From positions 231,943 to 295,942 of the forward strand of contig CAVRJJ010000005.1 in assembly GCA_963721685.1 (NCBI GenBank): 64,000 nucleotides of DNA, in the 5' to 3' direction. Shown one piece after another: positions 1 to 9,406 of this stretch. The DNA is from an uncultured bacterium. Its GTDB lineage: Bacteria > Patescibacteriota > Saccharimonadia > UBA4664 > SCTI01. The translations under genes and the position numbers were made by a program. Each line of letters starts with the position of its first letter. Within the stretch, counting starts at the first letter, position 1. The notes under the pieces were generated by a model. It ran no database searches. It was given only the letters and a program-made list of their open reading frames with translations, and was not told the origin of the DNA.

Positions 1-431
1 GTCTTGCCGAGTTTAAGCCGGATTTGGTGTTGATCGCGGTTGGCGCTAATGATGTAACCCGTCTGTCATCACCGCAAATGGTTAAGGCACGTTTGCAAAG
101 CCTTTGCGAGCGGTTGGTTGAAGCCAATCGAAACATAAAAATTGTAATTACGGGCGCGCCGGATATGGGTTCAATCCCGCGGTTCGCTCAACCCTTGCGC
201 GCCCTCGCGGGATTACGTACCAAGCAGATAAACCAACTGCTTTATCCTTGGATTACTCGCGCGGGTTTTACGTTGGCGCCGATCGCTCGCGACACCGGCC
301 CGGCTTTTCGAGAAGACCCCAGCTTATTTTGTGACGACCGCTTTCATCCCAACGGCCGGGGCTACGCACTGTGGCTGAAAACCATTAATCCCGCTCTTGA
401 CCATGCCCTGGAAGCGCAAAAAGCTAAGTAA
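1..431 (+). CDS. SGNH/GDSL-family hydrolase, 5'-truncated at window edge
   Basis: Frame is open from position 3. GANDV (block II) and DDRFHPN (catalytic D..H block) motifs are present. Confidence 0.6.
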   Translation, partial: LAEFKPDLVLIAVGANDVTRLSSPQMVKARLQSLCERLVEANRNIKIVITGAPDMGSIPRFAQPLRALAGLRTKQINQLLYPWITRAGFTLAPIARDTGPAFREDPSLFCDDRFHPNGRGYALWLKTINPALDHALEAQKAK

Positions 432-526
432 TTTTGTAACATAATTGCTTGAATCGGCCAGGCGCCTATAGTACTGTGTCCCCCGTCCTAACTCAACCGG
501 GCTAAGGCCCACGGCAAGGAGGTTGT

Positions 527-832
527 ATGCGTTCGCATACCCCCAGGATCAGCAGCAGGTCTCTTCGCAGGATTCGCGGCGAGCGGTCGCGGATTTCCCG
601 GATAAGGTCGGGGATCACCAAGCACGGGGTCGCGAAGACCATCACGGCGGTGGGCGCTGGCGGGGCTTTGACCGTGATCGCACAGCGTCGGCTCGCAAAC
701 AGCGATCTCGGGATGAAGCTCGCAGACCTCGGCGGCAAGAGCGGCGACACGACGACCGCGCCCAATGGCTCCAAGCCCACTCGAACCCCCGCGTCGGCGT
801 CTGACACCACGGTTCCCAGCATTACCGGATAG
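527..832 (+). CDS. hypothetical Arg-rich small protein in a high-GC patch
   Basis: Strong SD (AAGGAGG) 4-5 nt upstream of ATG 527. 101 aa, basic and low-complexity. Local GC about 65%. Confidence 0.35.
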   Translation: MRSHTPRISSRSLRRIRGERSRISRIRSGITKHGVAKTITAVGAGGALTVIAQRRLANSDLGMKLADLGGKSGDTTTAPNGSKPTRTPASASDTTVPSITG

Positions 833-961
833 CGCCTACCGGCTAGGACGCACGCGCACCCGGGGTCAACAGCCTCGGGTGCCGCGCCCATTTACGGTAT
901 AATTTTATTTACCCCTAGTTAGATAATTGCAGCACTAAAAGCTCAAGTAAGGAGCAAATTC

Positions 962-1992
962 TTGCATAAAAAAGGTATTTGGTTGGCGGCCGCGCTACTT
1001 ATTTTAGTGGTTGCGGCGTCCAGTGTATTTGCCTGGAAGAGCCAGGATAAAACAGCCATTAAGCCTTCTGGAAACCCCGCCGCGCCAAAGGTTGAAACGC
1101 CTGCTGACCCCTTAACGATTGAGGCGATGCGATCACGCCAGTACCCGGGGAGTGATATTGTGGTTGAGCAAACCCTCAGTAACCGCGGGACTTACCAGGA
1201 CGCCTTAATTTCGTATAAGTCCGACGGCCTTAAGATCCAGGCGCTGCAAAGCATTCCCAATACCCCTAAGCCGGCGGCTGGTTGGCCGGTCGTTATTTTA
1301 GACCACGGCTATATTCCCCCTACCCAGTACCAAACCTACAGTGAGGATTACCGGGAGTTTATCGCGGCCTTTACCGTGGCCGGCTTCATGGTAATAAAGC
1401 CGGATTACGGGGGCACGGACAAAGCGAGGGGAGCCCGGAAAGCGGCCATTTCGCGCCAGCTTACGCTTACGATAACTTGAACTTGATCGCCAGCTTGAAG
1501 CGCTACAACCAAGTAGACCCGAAGCGTATCGGCTTGCTTGGCCACAGTTTAGGCGGTCATGTCGCGCTTCGCACCCTTGTGGTGAGTAAAGACGTTAAGG
1601 CTACCGTTATGATGTCGGGTGTGGTTGGCTCGCTGGAAGACCTCATTTATAGTTGGCGGCGCACCCCTGCCTCCAGTGGCATTGCAACTGCAGTGCGGGG
1701 AGCCCGCCAGGCCTTAATTGAAAAGTATGGCGACCCCAAAGCTAATCCGGAGTTTTGGAACAGCGCTTCAGCCATAACGTATGTTGACGCCGTTACTGGC
1801 GCGGTCCAAGTTCACCACAGCGAAGGGGACAGCGTGGTTCCTTTATTGTTCTCCACCCATCTCACCGAAGCCTTGCAAAAGGCGGGAAAACCGGTTGAAG
1901 AGTTTGTGTACCCAGGCGACGACCATCAGTTTATCCAGAGCCGCCGCTTCTTTTTGCAGCGGACGGTGGCGTTCTACCAAGCCAAGCTGTAG
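962..1992 (+). pseudogene. alpha/beta hydrolase (S9 peptidase / dienelactone hydrolase-like), frameshifted
   Basis: Two adjacent ORFs (962-1480, 1477-1992) form one protein with an N-terminal signal/TM, GHSLGG nucleophile elbow, Asp (HHSEGDSVVP) and His (GDDHQF). The -1 shift is near 1405-1412; the observed gattacggggg would read DYRGHGQSEG with one more C. Confidence 0.7.
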
Positions 1993-2093
1993 TTATGATG
2001 ATTGCGTGAAGAGTTAATTTATGGTATTATAGTCTTCGTCTTGTAGGGCTTTCAACCTGAAAGCGTCACCATCGATCCGGAAGGCATTTGCCA

Positions 2094-2627
2094 ATGACAA
2101 CGTTGATTGACTTGCCGCAAAGCGAGGGAGCATCTGCGGCCACACGGGCCGCATCGTGCCTCGCCGAGCTGGCTAGCCGTAAGGGCAGCGATATCGTTCG
2201 CGTGCTGGTGCCCGAGGCGCCCGTGAAGTTCTACTTCTGGCCGGACCAAGGCCGACGGGCTGAACCTAAGTACATCCCGCTGACATGGACACAAGTCAGC
2301 AGGCTGAACGCCGGGGTCTTCACCCTGGTTCACCCGAACACGTTCGACCTGTCGAACGCCAGCAACAAGGATCGGGCAACCGCCGCCTCGTGGGCAAGAC
2401 ACATGCCCTTGAAGGCGCTCAAAGAAGCCGCGCCGCGCCTGAACGACGCGCAGCTCGCATCCTTCATCCGCCTGTTCGCGGCTAACCCGGCCGCCTTCGA
2501 GCACGGCCATGGCCTCCGCGTACAGGGGATCATCGTCGCGTATTTGAGTGTGCAGCGCCTGGAGTGGCTACACGGAGTGCTTCAGGGTGATGCCAAGATC
2601 TATCTGGGCAACATCATTCCGGACTAG
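2094..2627 (+). CDS. hypothetical protein (high-GC patch)
   Basis: 177-aa ORF with protein-like composition, ATG at 2094 preceded by GGAAGG. No recognisable motifs. Confidence 0.45.
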   Translation: MTTLIDLPQSEGASAATRAASCLAELASRKGSDIVRVLVPEAPVKFYFWPDQGRRAEPKYIPLTWTQVSRLNAGVFTLVHPNTFDLSNASNKDRATAASWARHMPLKALKEAAPRLNDAQLASFIRLFAANPAAFEHGHGLRVQGIIVAYLSVQRLEWLHGVLQGDAKIYLGNIIPD

Positions 2628-2771
2628 CACCCACAAGACGACGCGCCTGGGAGGATTCACATCTCCCGGGTGCTGCCCCTAAGCAATAATTTACATGTAT
2701 ATAAAGACTGGTTGGGCCCCCGGAGGGCACCCGCCATGCTGGTGGCACGGCGGGGCCTCGCGGGAGCGGGG

Positions 2772-3254
2772 TCAGGGGAGAACGGGCTTGATGCCGCCGG
2801 TCTTGGGGTCGGTGGGCGACTCCGTTTCGGCAGCGGCACCACCGGTGAGACGCGGTACGTCGATGCACTCCTTGAGCTCGCTAAGCTTGCCGCGCACGAA
2901 GCGGACGTAGAGAATCGTGACGTAGCCGCCACGCTTCAGTCCAACCCAGGTACGCGCGCTGCGCTTGCTGCCCGGCTTCTTGACGCGTTCGTCCTTGAAG
3001 CGGCAGTCGGCCCGAACCGCACCATTCGGCAGGGTGCCGAGCTGCCGCGACATGGTGGTTGTCGAAGACCGGATGAACACATCTGTGCCGGTTGCCTGAA
3101 CCATGACCGGTGTTGCGGCTTGAGCGGTGTAGAGGTAGCCGGCCTTGATCAGCGGTGTCAACACGAGGATGATGAGCACCCAAGCCACGGCAGCGAGGAT
3201 CAGCAGGTCACGTGCTATGACCAGCTTTGACCTATTCCAGAACTTTTCGGACAA
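2772..3254 (-). CDS. hypothetical membrane-anchored protein
   Basis: TTG start at 3254 with GGGGGAGG SD 6 nt upstream. N-terminal TM helix (LLILAAVAWVLIILVL) then a soluble domain. Convergent with 2094-2627. Confidence 0.5.
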   Translation of the reverse strand: MSEKFWNRSKLVIARDLLILAAVAWVLIILVLTPLIKAGYLYTAQAATPVMVQATGTDVFIRSSTTTMSRQLGTLPNGAVRADCRFKDERVKKPGSKRSARTWVGLKRGGYVTILYVRFVRGKLSELKECIDVPRLTGGAAAETESPTDPKTGGIKPVLP

Positions 3255-3396
3255 CAGGGACCTCCCCCTTGGTGTGATTGCCTTATGTCAAACTGAATGT
3301 GCGTCACGTAAGGCAGGCGTAACGACTCTATATCATAGCATAAATTTGTATCTTTTGCAACTGCTATTAGCACAGCAGACTGTTACAATTGTGTTT

Positions 3397-4278
3397 ATGA
3401 ATCTACCGCTAGGCCAGCCCGTTACGTTCTTAAGCACCGACCAGCTGGAGCTTCAGGGATTGTTGTTTGGAAATCCCAAAGCCGCAACCGCCCATATTGT
3501 TATCCACGGGCTTGGCGGCGATGTGTTTTCGCAAATTGAAACAATCGCTCACCTGGCCAGCAACGACGTTCAAGTTTTATTCTTTAACAATCGCGGCCAC
3601 GATACCATTACACGGTTTAAGCGCCTAGATGCATCAGCCCCAAAAGGTTACCAGTCTGAAACGATTGGCGCGGCCCACGAGGTGTTTACCGATTGCGTCC
3701 ACGATATTCAAGGGGCGGTTAATTTTCTGGAAGAACAAGGGGCAGAAACTATCCAACTTACTGGCCACTCCACCGGCTGCCAAAAGACTGTTTATTATTT
3801 AAGCCAGCAGCCAAGTAAAAGTGTTAAAGGCGCCACCCTGCTGTGCACGATAAGCGACTACGCTAGCTTTATAGCTACCGAAGATGAGGCGACCCGCATC
3901 AAGGCAACCGATTTGGCAAAGAAGCTGGTAAAAGAGGGAAGACCGCACGAGCTCCTGCCGCTGGACGTGTGGCCGGAGATGCATGATGCCCAGCGCTTTT
4001 TAAGTTTGTTCACGCCTGAATCAACTGAAGAGATTTTCAGCTACGCCGTGCCGGACAAAGCTCCGGAAATCCTGCAATCAGTTAAAGTCCCTCTAAAAAT
4101 TGTCCTGGCGGAGAAGGATGAATACGCCGACCGCCCGGCGAGTGAAATTGCCGCGTGGTTTAAAAAAATGATGCCCGAAGATCAAATTGAGATAGAAATT
4201 ATTGAAGGCGCCGGACATAATTTGGAGAGGAAAGGCGCGCTGGGGATAATAATGGTCAAGCTTGATGCTAAAAAATGA
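3397..4278 (+). CDS. alpha/beta-fold hydrolase
   Basis: HGLGGD oxyanion region, GHSTGC (GxSxG), and C-terminal DEYAD / GAGHN acid-His blocks. The longer ORF from 3145 overlaps the convergent gene and is unlikely. Confidence 0.65.
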   Translation: MNLPLGQPVTFLSTDQLELQGLLFGNPKAATAHIVIHGLGGDVFSQIETIAHLASNDVQVLFFNNRGHDTITRFKRLDASAPKGYQSETIGAAHEVFTDCVHDIQGAVNFLEEQGAETIQLTGHSTGCQKTVYYLSQQPSKSVKGATLLCTISDYASFIATEDEATRIKATDLAKKLVKEGRPHELLPLDVWPEMHDAQRFLSLFTPESTEEIFSYAVPDKAPEILQSVKVPLKIVLAEKDEYADRPASEIAAWFKKMMPEDQIEIEIIEGAGHNLERKGALGIIMVKLDAKK

Positions 4279-4317
4279 GCTGTTATAATTTTTGTATTAG
4301 TAGTAAGGAGCGGTGAC

Positions 4318-6344
4318 ATGAGCGAATTATTGCATAAGGTGCTTACGGACTTGTCTGCTAGAGAAGATATTTCAATTCAAGCCGTTGTTGCAGGTATTGA
4401 GAAAAGATATTCTCCCTGGTACTAGGCATAGTCGAAATAGCAAAAACTAAAGCCATAAAAAAAGCAGTCCAAGAAGGGCTGCTTTTTTTACAGAGTGCCC
4501 AGAGGGAAGATGGGGGCTTTGACTGTGAAGCAACAACTAATGTATCTAGCTTTTTGAATAGCAGAATTCATAAAACACCTTTTTTTACAGCATTAATTTT
4601 GTCCGCGCTCAATGAGCCGCTAGATACTGATTTGCTTGGAAGCAAGGGAGTGAATTTTTTGCTAAAAAACAGAAGTTCAGTATGGTCGTGGAACTATTGG
4701 GAACGCGATTCGAAAGACTATAGTAGTCGGGCATACCCCGATGACCTAGATGATACATTTTGTGCTTTGGCGGCGGTAATGATTCACAAGCCTCAGAAAA
4801 TTGACGGGGCTGCCCAAGCGGCTCTAGCAAAGATGCTTATTGCAACTGAGAAGCAGCCTAGCGGACCTTATAAAACATGGTTGATAGATGCGAATGCTGG
4901 GTCAGATTGGTTGGATGTAGATATTGCTGTTAATGCCAATATAGGGTTTATGCTTGGAATGCTGGACGTCAAACTCAGAGGCCTAAAGGAATTCATTGAT
5001 GATGCTATAATAAGGAATAAGCTAAGCTCAAGATACTACATAGGCCAAGCTCCTATTATTTACTTTGTCTCTCGAAATTATAAAGGAGCACAAAGTGAGC
5101 TTTTAAAGCAAAAAGTTATAGAGGGGCTATTAAATGGATCTGAAGATTGCATAACTACTGCGATGCTTGTTTCGGCTGGATGTAATTTGAAAATTAATTC
5201 TGCTGAGCTTTCTCGGGCAATTGAAAGAATATTAATTCAGCAAGAACAAGGTATTTGGCCGGCCAATGCTCTTTACTACGAGCCTCCAATTAAAAAAATC
5301 AATTATTATGCTGGATCCAGTAGCCTTACAACAGCGCTCAGTATTGAGGCGTTACGAGCATATACTAAACTTTTATCTCTTAGTGAAAGCAAAGTATCCG
5401 TAATGTTGAGCAAAAACAAATCTTTTGTTCAACAAGCAATTTCGCAAATAGAATTAGCTAACACAGAAGTTATGAAAGAGTACGAAAAGGTTGCTTTTAT
5501 TGTGGCCTCAAAAGATCACGACCGGCAAATAATGAGTATTGCTAATGTCGTATCCGAAGCATTTCATATAGAGCTTGATCCAGCTATTGTTTTCGCGCTT
5601 AATTCCGCAAGTCTCAATGGATGGATTGCTTATTCGATTTACGACGACTTTATTGACGACGAAGGCAGCTCAAAGTTGATGGGTGTAGCAAATGTTGCTC
5701 ATCGATCCATGTTAAACAATTTTATTACAGCAGTGCCAAATGAAAAATTTCAAAAGCTTGTTTCGTCAACACTTAATCGAATGGATGAAGCAAATACTTG
5801 GGAAGCAGTGCGTACTCGCATGAGTCTGGTTAGCGGTAAAGTTAAATGGAAAGACCTGCCCAATTATGAAAATTTATCTCAGTTAGCACAACGTTCATCT
5901 GGCCATGCGCTTGGTGCACTTGGAGTGCTTTTTTTGTCAAGATTTAAAAATGATGAAGATATATTCTATATGCAAAAGTACTTTTATCATTTTCTTATTT
6001 CCCGTCAGTTAAATGATGATGCACATGACTGGTGGGATGATTTATCAAAAGGACATTTTACATCCACTGTAGCTTCGCTGATGAAAAAGTGGGGTAAGAA
6101 TGAAGTAGACCTTGCAAACGACCACGGCCAACTTTCAAATTTATTTTGGAATGAAGAAATCCCTCATACCGTAAGTATTATCAACTATCATGTCGGTAAA
6201 GCCAGAAAATCGCTTGAAGCAATGCCACATATAGTTAACAAAGTAACTTTAGCGGACTGGGTGGATAGACTTGAGTCATCCGGGAAAGCTGCCTTAAAGG
6301 CCAGGGAGGATGCGACGGTATTCATAAGGAGCTTCATGGCTTAA
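4318..6344 (+). CDS. two-domain terpenoid synthase-like protein with an N-terminal frameshift
   Basis: ATG 4318 has a TAAGGAG SD. A -1 shift in an A4 run near 4405 joins it to the 4554-6344 ORF. The N-terminal domain has Q..DGGF and DDLDDT (DxDDT-like). The C-terminal domain has DDFIDDE and NDDAHDWWDD about 123 aa apart, like FARM/SARM of trans-isoprenyl diphosphate synthases. AT-rich, about 38-42% GC. Confidence 0.5.
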
Positions 6345-6612
6345 TTTGTCTGCCTGGACTGAGAGAGCGACCGCTCCTGATCGTTTTTGACGCTCACACA
6401 CATTGTGCGATAAAGTCTCATGGACGAAGGTTGATTCTTGATTTTTATACAATTTTATGTTATCATGTCCTAGCTCTTTAACAGATCGCTACTTGCTTAG
6501 CCGTAGCTTCAGGGTCAGGTATACCCCGGTTCTTAAGCTGCGGCTAGCACAGTGCGGCACATCCAACGGCAGGCTGTAGACTCTGGCAATCCGCCAAAGT
6601 AGGCAGTAGGCC

Positions 6613-7260
6613 ATGACCAAGGAGGGCATCGTGCCCAGCAGCACCCAGATCAGCGGCTTCAACGTCGCCGCCCGCAACTACCAGAAGCTGGTGGAAGCAG
6701 TGATGAATCTCGGCGGTGGCGATGAGGCCATGAACCTCATCTTCAGCGATGCCGAGCTGCGCCACAAGCTGGCGGAGCTCCTCGTGGGTCAGGCTGGCTC
6801 GACCGCCGATCCTGGCACCGTCATCGGCCAGTTGATACTGACCGTCGATTACGGCTTCTCCGTGGAGGACAAGGTCGTGGGTGGCCACTATGACGGCTAC
6901 GTCAACCCTGCCATCACCTCGGTCAACTTCCCGCATCAGCGCGAAGGCGTCGAAAAGGTGACGCTCAGCTTTGTCAAGTTCGCCAGGGCGGGAACCACCG
7001 AAGAGCGTGAGCGTGCGCTGCTCGTGCACGGCGACCCGACCGACATGCATGACATGCTCGCTACCGGGATCAAGTATCCCGACGAGCAGCGGAAGTATCC
7101 GCTGGTCTTCCTCGGCGCTTCGTGGGTCCACCCCGATGGCAGCCGCAGGGTCGGTTGCCTCGGCGGTGACGGTGACGTCCGGGGCTGCTACCTGGATTGG
7201 ACGAGTCCGCAGGACGAGTGGTACCCGGGCTACGTTTTCGCGGTTCGCGCTCGCAAGTAG
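6613..7260 (+). CDS. DGR target (variable) protein, VR at C-terminus
   Basis: 215-aa ORF; its last 142 bp form the VR. High GC, about 62%. C-terminal GASW...RVG... resembles CLec/FGE-type DGR targets. Confidence 0.7.
   Translation: MTKEGIVPSSTQISGFNVAARNYQKLVEAVMNLGGGDEAMNLIFSDAELRHKLAELLVGQAGSTADPGTVIGQLILTVDYGFSVEDKVVGGHYDGYVNPAITSVNFPHQREGVEKVTLSFVKFARAGTTEERERALLVHGDPTDMHDMLATGIKYPDEQRKYPLVFLGASWVHPDGSRRVGCLGGDGDVRGCYLDWTSPQDEWYPGYVFAVRARK
7116..7257 (+). repeat. DGR variable repeat (VR)
   Basis: 142-bp copy of 7618-7759 with no indels. 18 mismatches, all opposite TR adenines. Confidence 0.85.
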
Positions 7261-7275
7261 TGCCCTTCGACTCTG

Positions 7276-7307
7276 GGATCCTTGGGGCTTCATCTCCCCT
7301 TGGATCC
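7276..7307 (+). other. hairpin 16 nt downstream of VR stop (GGATCC-tt-GGGG / 8-nt loop / CCCC-tt-GGATCC)
   Basis: Seen directly. Position matches the VR-flanking hairpin of characterised DGRs. Confidence 0.4.
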
Positions 7308-7617
7308 TTGGGTACGCGGCTTCGTGCCGCTTCTATCGCCTTTGGGTGACGGGAGCGGCTGGAGCCGCTTTCCATGTAATGTTATTATCATTGCGGATAG
7401 TAGATGATTCTGTTGGTGGTTACGGCTGCCAGCGATTGAACTCTAGGCAGCTGGGTAAGACAGAATGTTAGTCAACATAGTTGGCGGCAGAGATCGCCCG
7501 CCCGCTTTATAGTAATACTACTTGGTGCTGGCTATTGGTGGAGTATATCCCAAGTGAAATACAGCCATTTTCGAGTAATCGAAAGGCAGTGGTATAGGTG
7601 ATAGCCGGTACAAGAGA

Positions 7618-7759
7618 GCGCTTCGTGGGTCAACCCCGATGGCAACCGCAAGGTCGGTTACCTCAACAGTGACGGTGACATCCGGAACTGCAACCTGAAT
7701 TGGACGAATCCGCAGAACAAGTGGAACCCGAACTACGTTTTCGCGGTTCGCGCTCGCAA
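7618..7759 (+). repeat. DGR template repeat (TR)
   Basis: Invariant copy. The adenines at mutated positions sit mostly in AAC codons (10 AAC). Confidence 0.85.
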
Positions 7760-7769
7760 GTCTTATTTA

Positions 7770-8151
7770 CTAAGTCTCGTTGTCGGTGGCATGCAATTGC
7801 TTTCGCCACCCGCCGAGCATTTTGCCAACCTCATCAAGCGGTTCGCTGAGGCGTAAGTACTTTTTATTGTCCAACGCCTTAACCTCCCAGGCTATCTGTA
7901 AAAAGAACTTGAGGGCGTCAAGCTTGGTGCTAGCGCGCTGCACTATAGCAGCTTTTTGCGATTTTGGTGCGTAGCCAGCAAGCAAGATGTACTCGATGGT
8001 ATCGGCAAAGAGCGTGTCAATTTTAGCTCCTAATGTGTAGCGCGAAAGACGTGGGAAATCGGCTAAGAAGCGATGCCATAGCTTATAGGCATCGGTGCAT
8101 TTTTGGAGGACTGGTAAATCGGAAAAACTCCGGGGGGGCGCTTACGGGCAT
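7770..8151 (-). CDS. avd: Avd-like accessory variability determinant (four-helix-bundle / 23S rRNA IVS protein family), frameshifted near the start
   Basis: Reads ...FPRLSRYTLGAKIDTLFADTIEYILLAGYA...KFFLQIAWEVKALDNKKYLRLSEPLDEVGKMLGGWRKQL in the minus frame. The ATG at 8151 is out of frame by one C/G in a 7-nt G run (8132-8138). Confidence 0.6.
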
Positions 8152-9157
8152 GAAAACTCTGATCCAATTAGACGTTAACTACGACGATATTATCGCATCC
8201 AGTAACTTACTGCTAGCCTGGCGGGAGTTTAGGGCTGGCAAGCGTGGTAAGACGGACGTGCAAGCGTTTGAGCACCTGTTAATGGATAATCTGTTGTCGC
8301 TCCACGAGAAGCTGAAGCAAGGGGAGTATCATCACCAAGGTTATTATCAGTTTGGGATTTCCGACCCGAAGCCTCGGCAAATCCATAAGGCCAGCGTTCG
8401 CGACCGGGTGCTCAATCATGCCGCTTATCGCGTACTTTATCCCTTTTTTGATAAGACATTTATTTACGATTCATATTCCTGTCGCAAACACAAAGGTACG
8501 CACGCCGCTTTGCAACGATTTGAGCAGTTTGGCCGTCAGGTGAGCCGGAACGATACGCGCACCTGCTGGGTGCTCAAATGTGACATTAGAAAGTTCTTTG
8601 CCACCATTGACCAAGCAATCTTAGTAAGGATTTTGGCGGATTATATCCCCAACCCGGAGGTAATGGCACTGTTAAAGCTGGTTATTGGGAATTTCGAGAC
8701 GATGCCCGGAAAAGGCTTGCCGCTCGGCAACCTAACCTCTCAGTTGTTAGTGAACGTCTACCTTAATCGGTTCGATCAGTTTGTAAAGCACCGGCTTAAA
8801 GCTCGACACTACATTCGTTATGCCGATGACTTCGTACTTCTGTCTACCGACTGTGACTGGCTGTTAGCCCAGATTCCCTTGATTGATGATTTTCTGCGCG
8901 AACACCTGGACTTGCGAATGCACCCACAGAAAACATCGGTGCAGACACTTGCTTCGGGGATCGATTTTTTAGGGTGGGTGCATTATCCCCATCACCGGGT
9001 GGTACGCACGGCTACGAAAAGGCGAGCCTTACGGCAACTGGAACAATCAAGCTCACCTGAAACGCTACAATCGTACTTGGGACTACTCAATCATGGTGAT
9101 GCTTTTAAGGTGCGGCAGGAAATTCGTAATAAGGGGTATTTGTGGCATGAGGATTGA
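8150..9157 (+). CDS. DGR reverse transcriptase
   Basis: YADDFVLL (RT motif 5/C) and LGNLTSQ (DGR-specific replacement of QGxxxSP). 336 aa from ATG 8150; the listed ORF start at 8033 is an upstream extension. Confidence 0.85.
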   Translation: MKTLIQLDVNYDDIIASSNLLLAWREFRAGKRGKTDVQAFEHLLMDNLLSLHEKLKQGEYHHQGYYQFGISDPKPRQIHKASVRDRVLNHAAYRVLYPFFDKTFIYDSYSCRKHKGTHAALQRFEQFGRQVSRNDTRTCWVLKCDIRKFFATIDQAILVRILADYIPNPEVMALLKLVIGNFETMPGKGLPLGNLTSQLLVNVYLNRFDQFVKHRLKARHYIRYADDFVLLSTDCDWLLAQIPLIDDFLREHLDLRMHPQKTSVQTLASGIDFLGWVHYPHHRVVRTATKRRALRQLEQSSSPETLQSYLGLLNHGDAFKVRQEIRNKGYLWHED

Positions 9158-9406
9158 GCTAGCATCTGTTCAAGTCCCTCCATCTTGGTCTTGCTAAGGC
9201 AAACAAAATCATCTCAAAAAGCCCATTTCCATATCCGTTAGTGCTAAGCCGTGACTGGATTATAAGTCGTAAGCTGCCAGAAGCTTGTGGGCTTCAGTGC
9301 AAAGTGAGGATGGGTCAGGCTTCAGAGATTGACATTTATCCCAAATATTGCAATCATTATCCCCAGTTCGCTGATCTGACAATGCAGGTTACCGGAAGGA
9401 CATCAC

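Larger units (their letters stand above)
6613..9157 (+). other. diversity-generating retroelement cassette (target-VR, TR, divergent avd, RT)
   Basis: Combination of the component features above. Confidence 0.8.

Noticed and set aside
2670-3230. 186-aa plus-strand ORF
   Set aside because: Low-complexity Gly/Ala/Arg-rich translation with no SD. The overlapping minus-strand ORF has a strong SD, a TM anchor and protein-like composition.
3145-3396. N-terminal extension of the alpha/beta hydrolase ORF
   Set aside because: It overlaps the convergent gene 2772-3254. The conserved hydrolase sequence begins near MNLPLGQP (ATG 3397).
6544-7293. 249-aa ORF on the minus strand
   Set aside because: It is antisense to the DGR target gene in a high-GC region where long spurious ORFs are expected. 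The plus-strand gene carries the VR and an in-frame stop.
8033-8149. Upstream extension of the RT ORF
   Set aside because: DGR RT alignment begins at MKTLIQLDVNYDD (ATG 8150). The extension overlaps the divergent avd.
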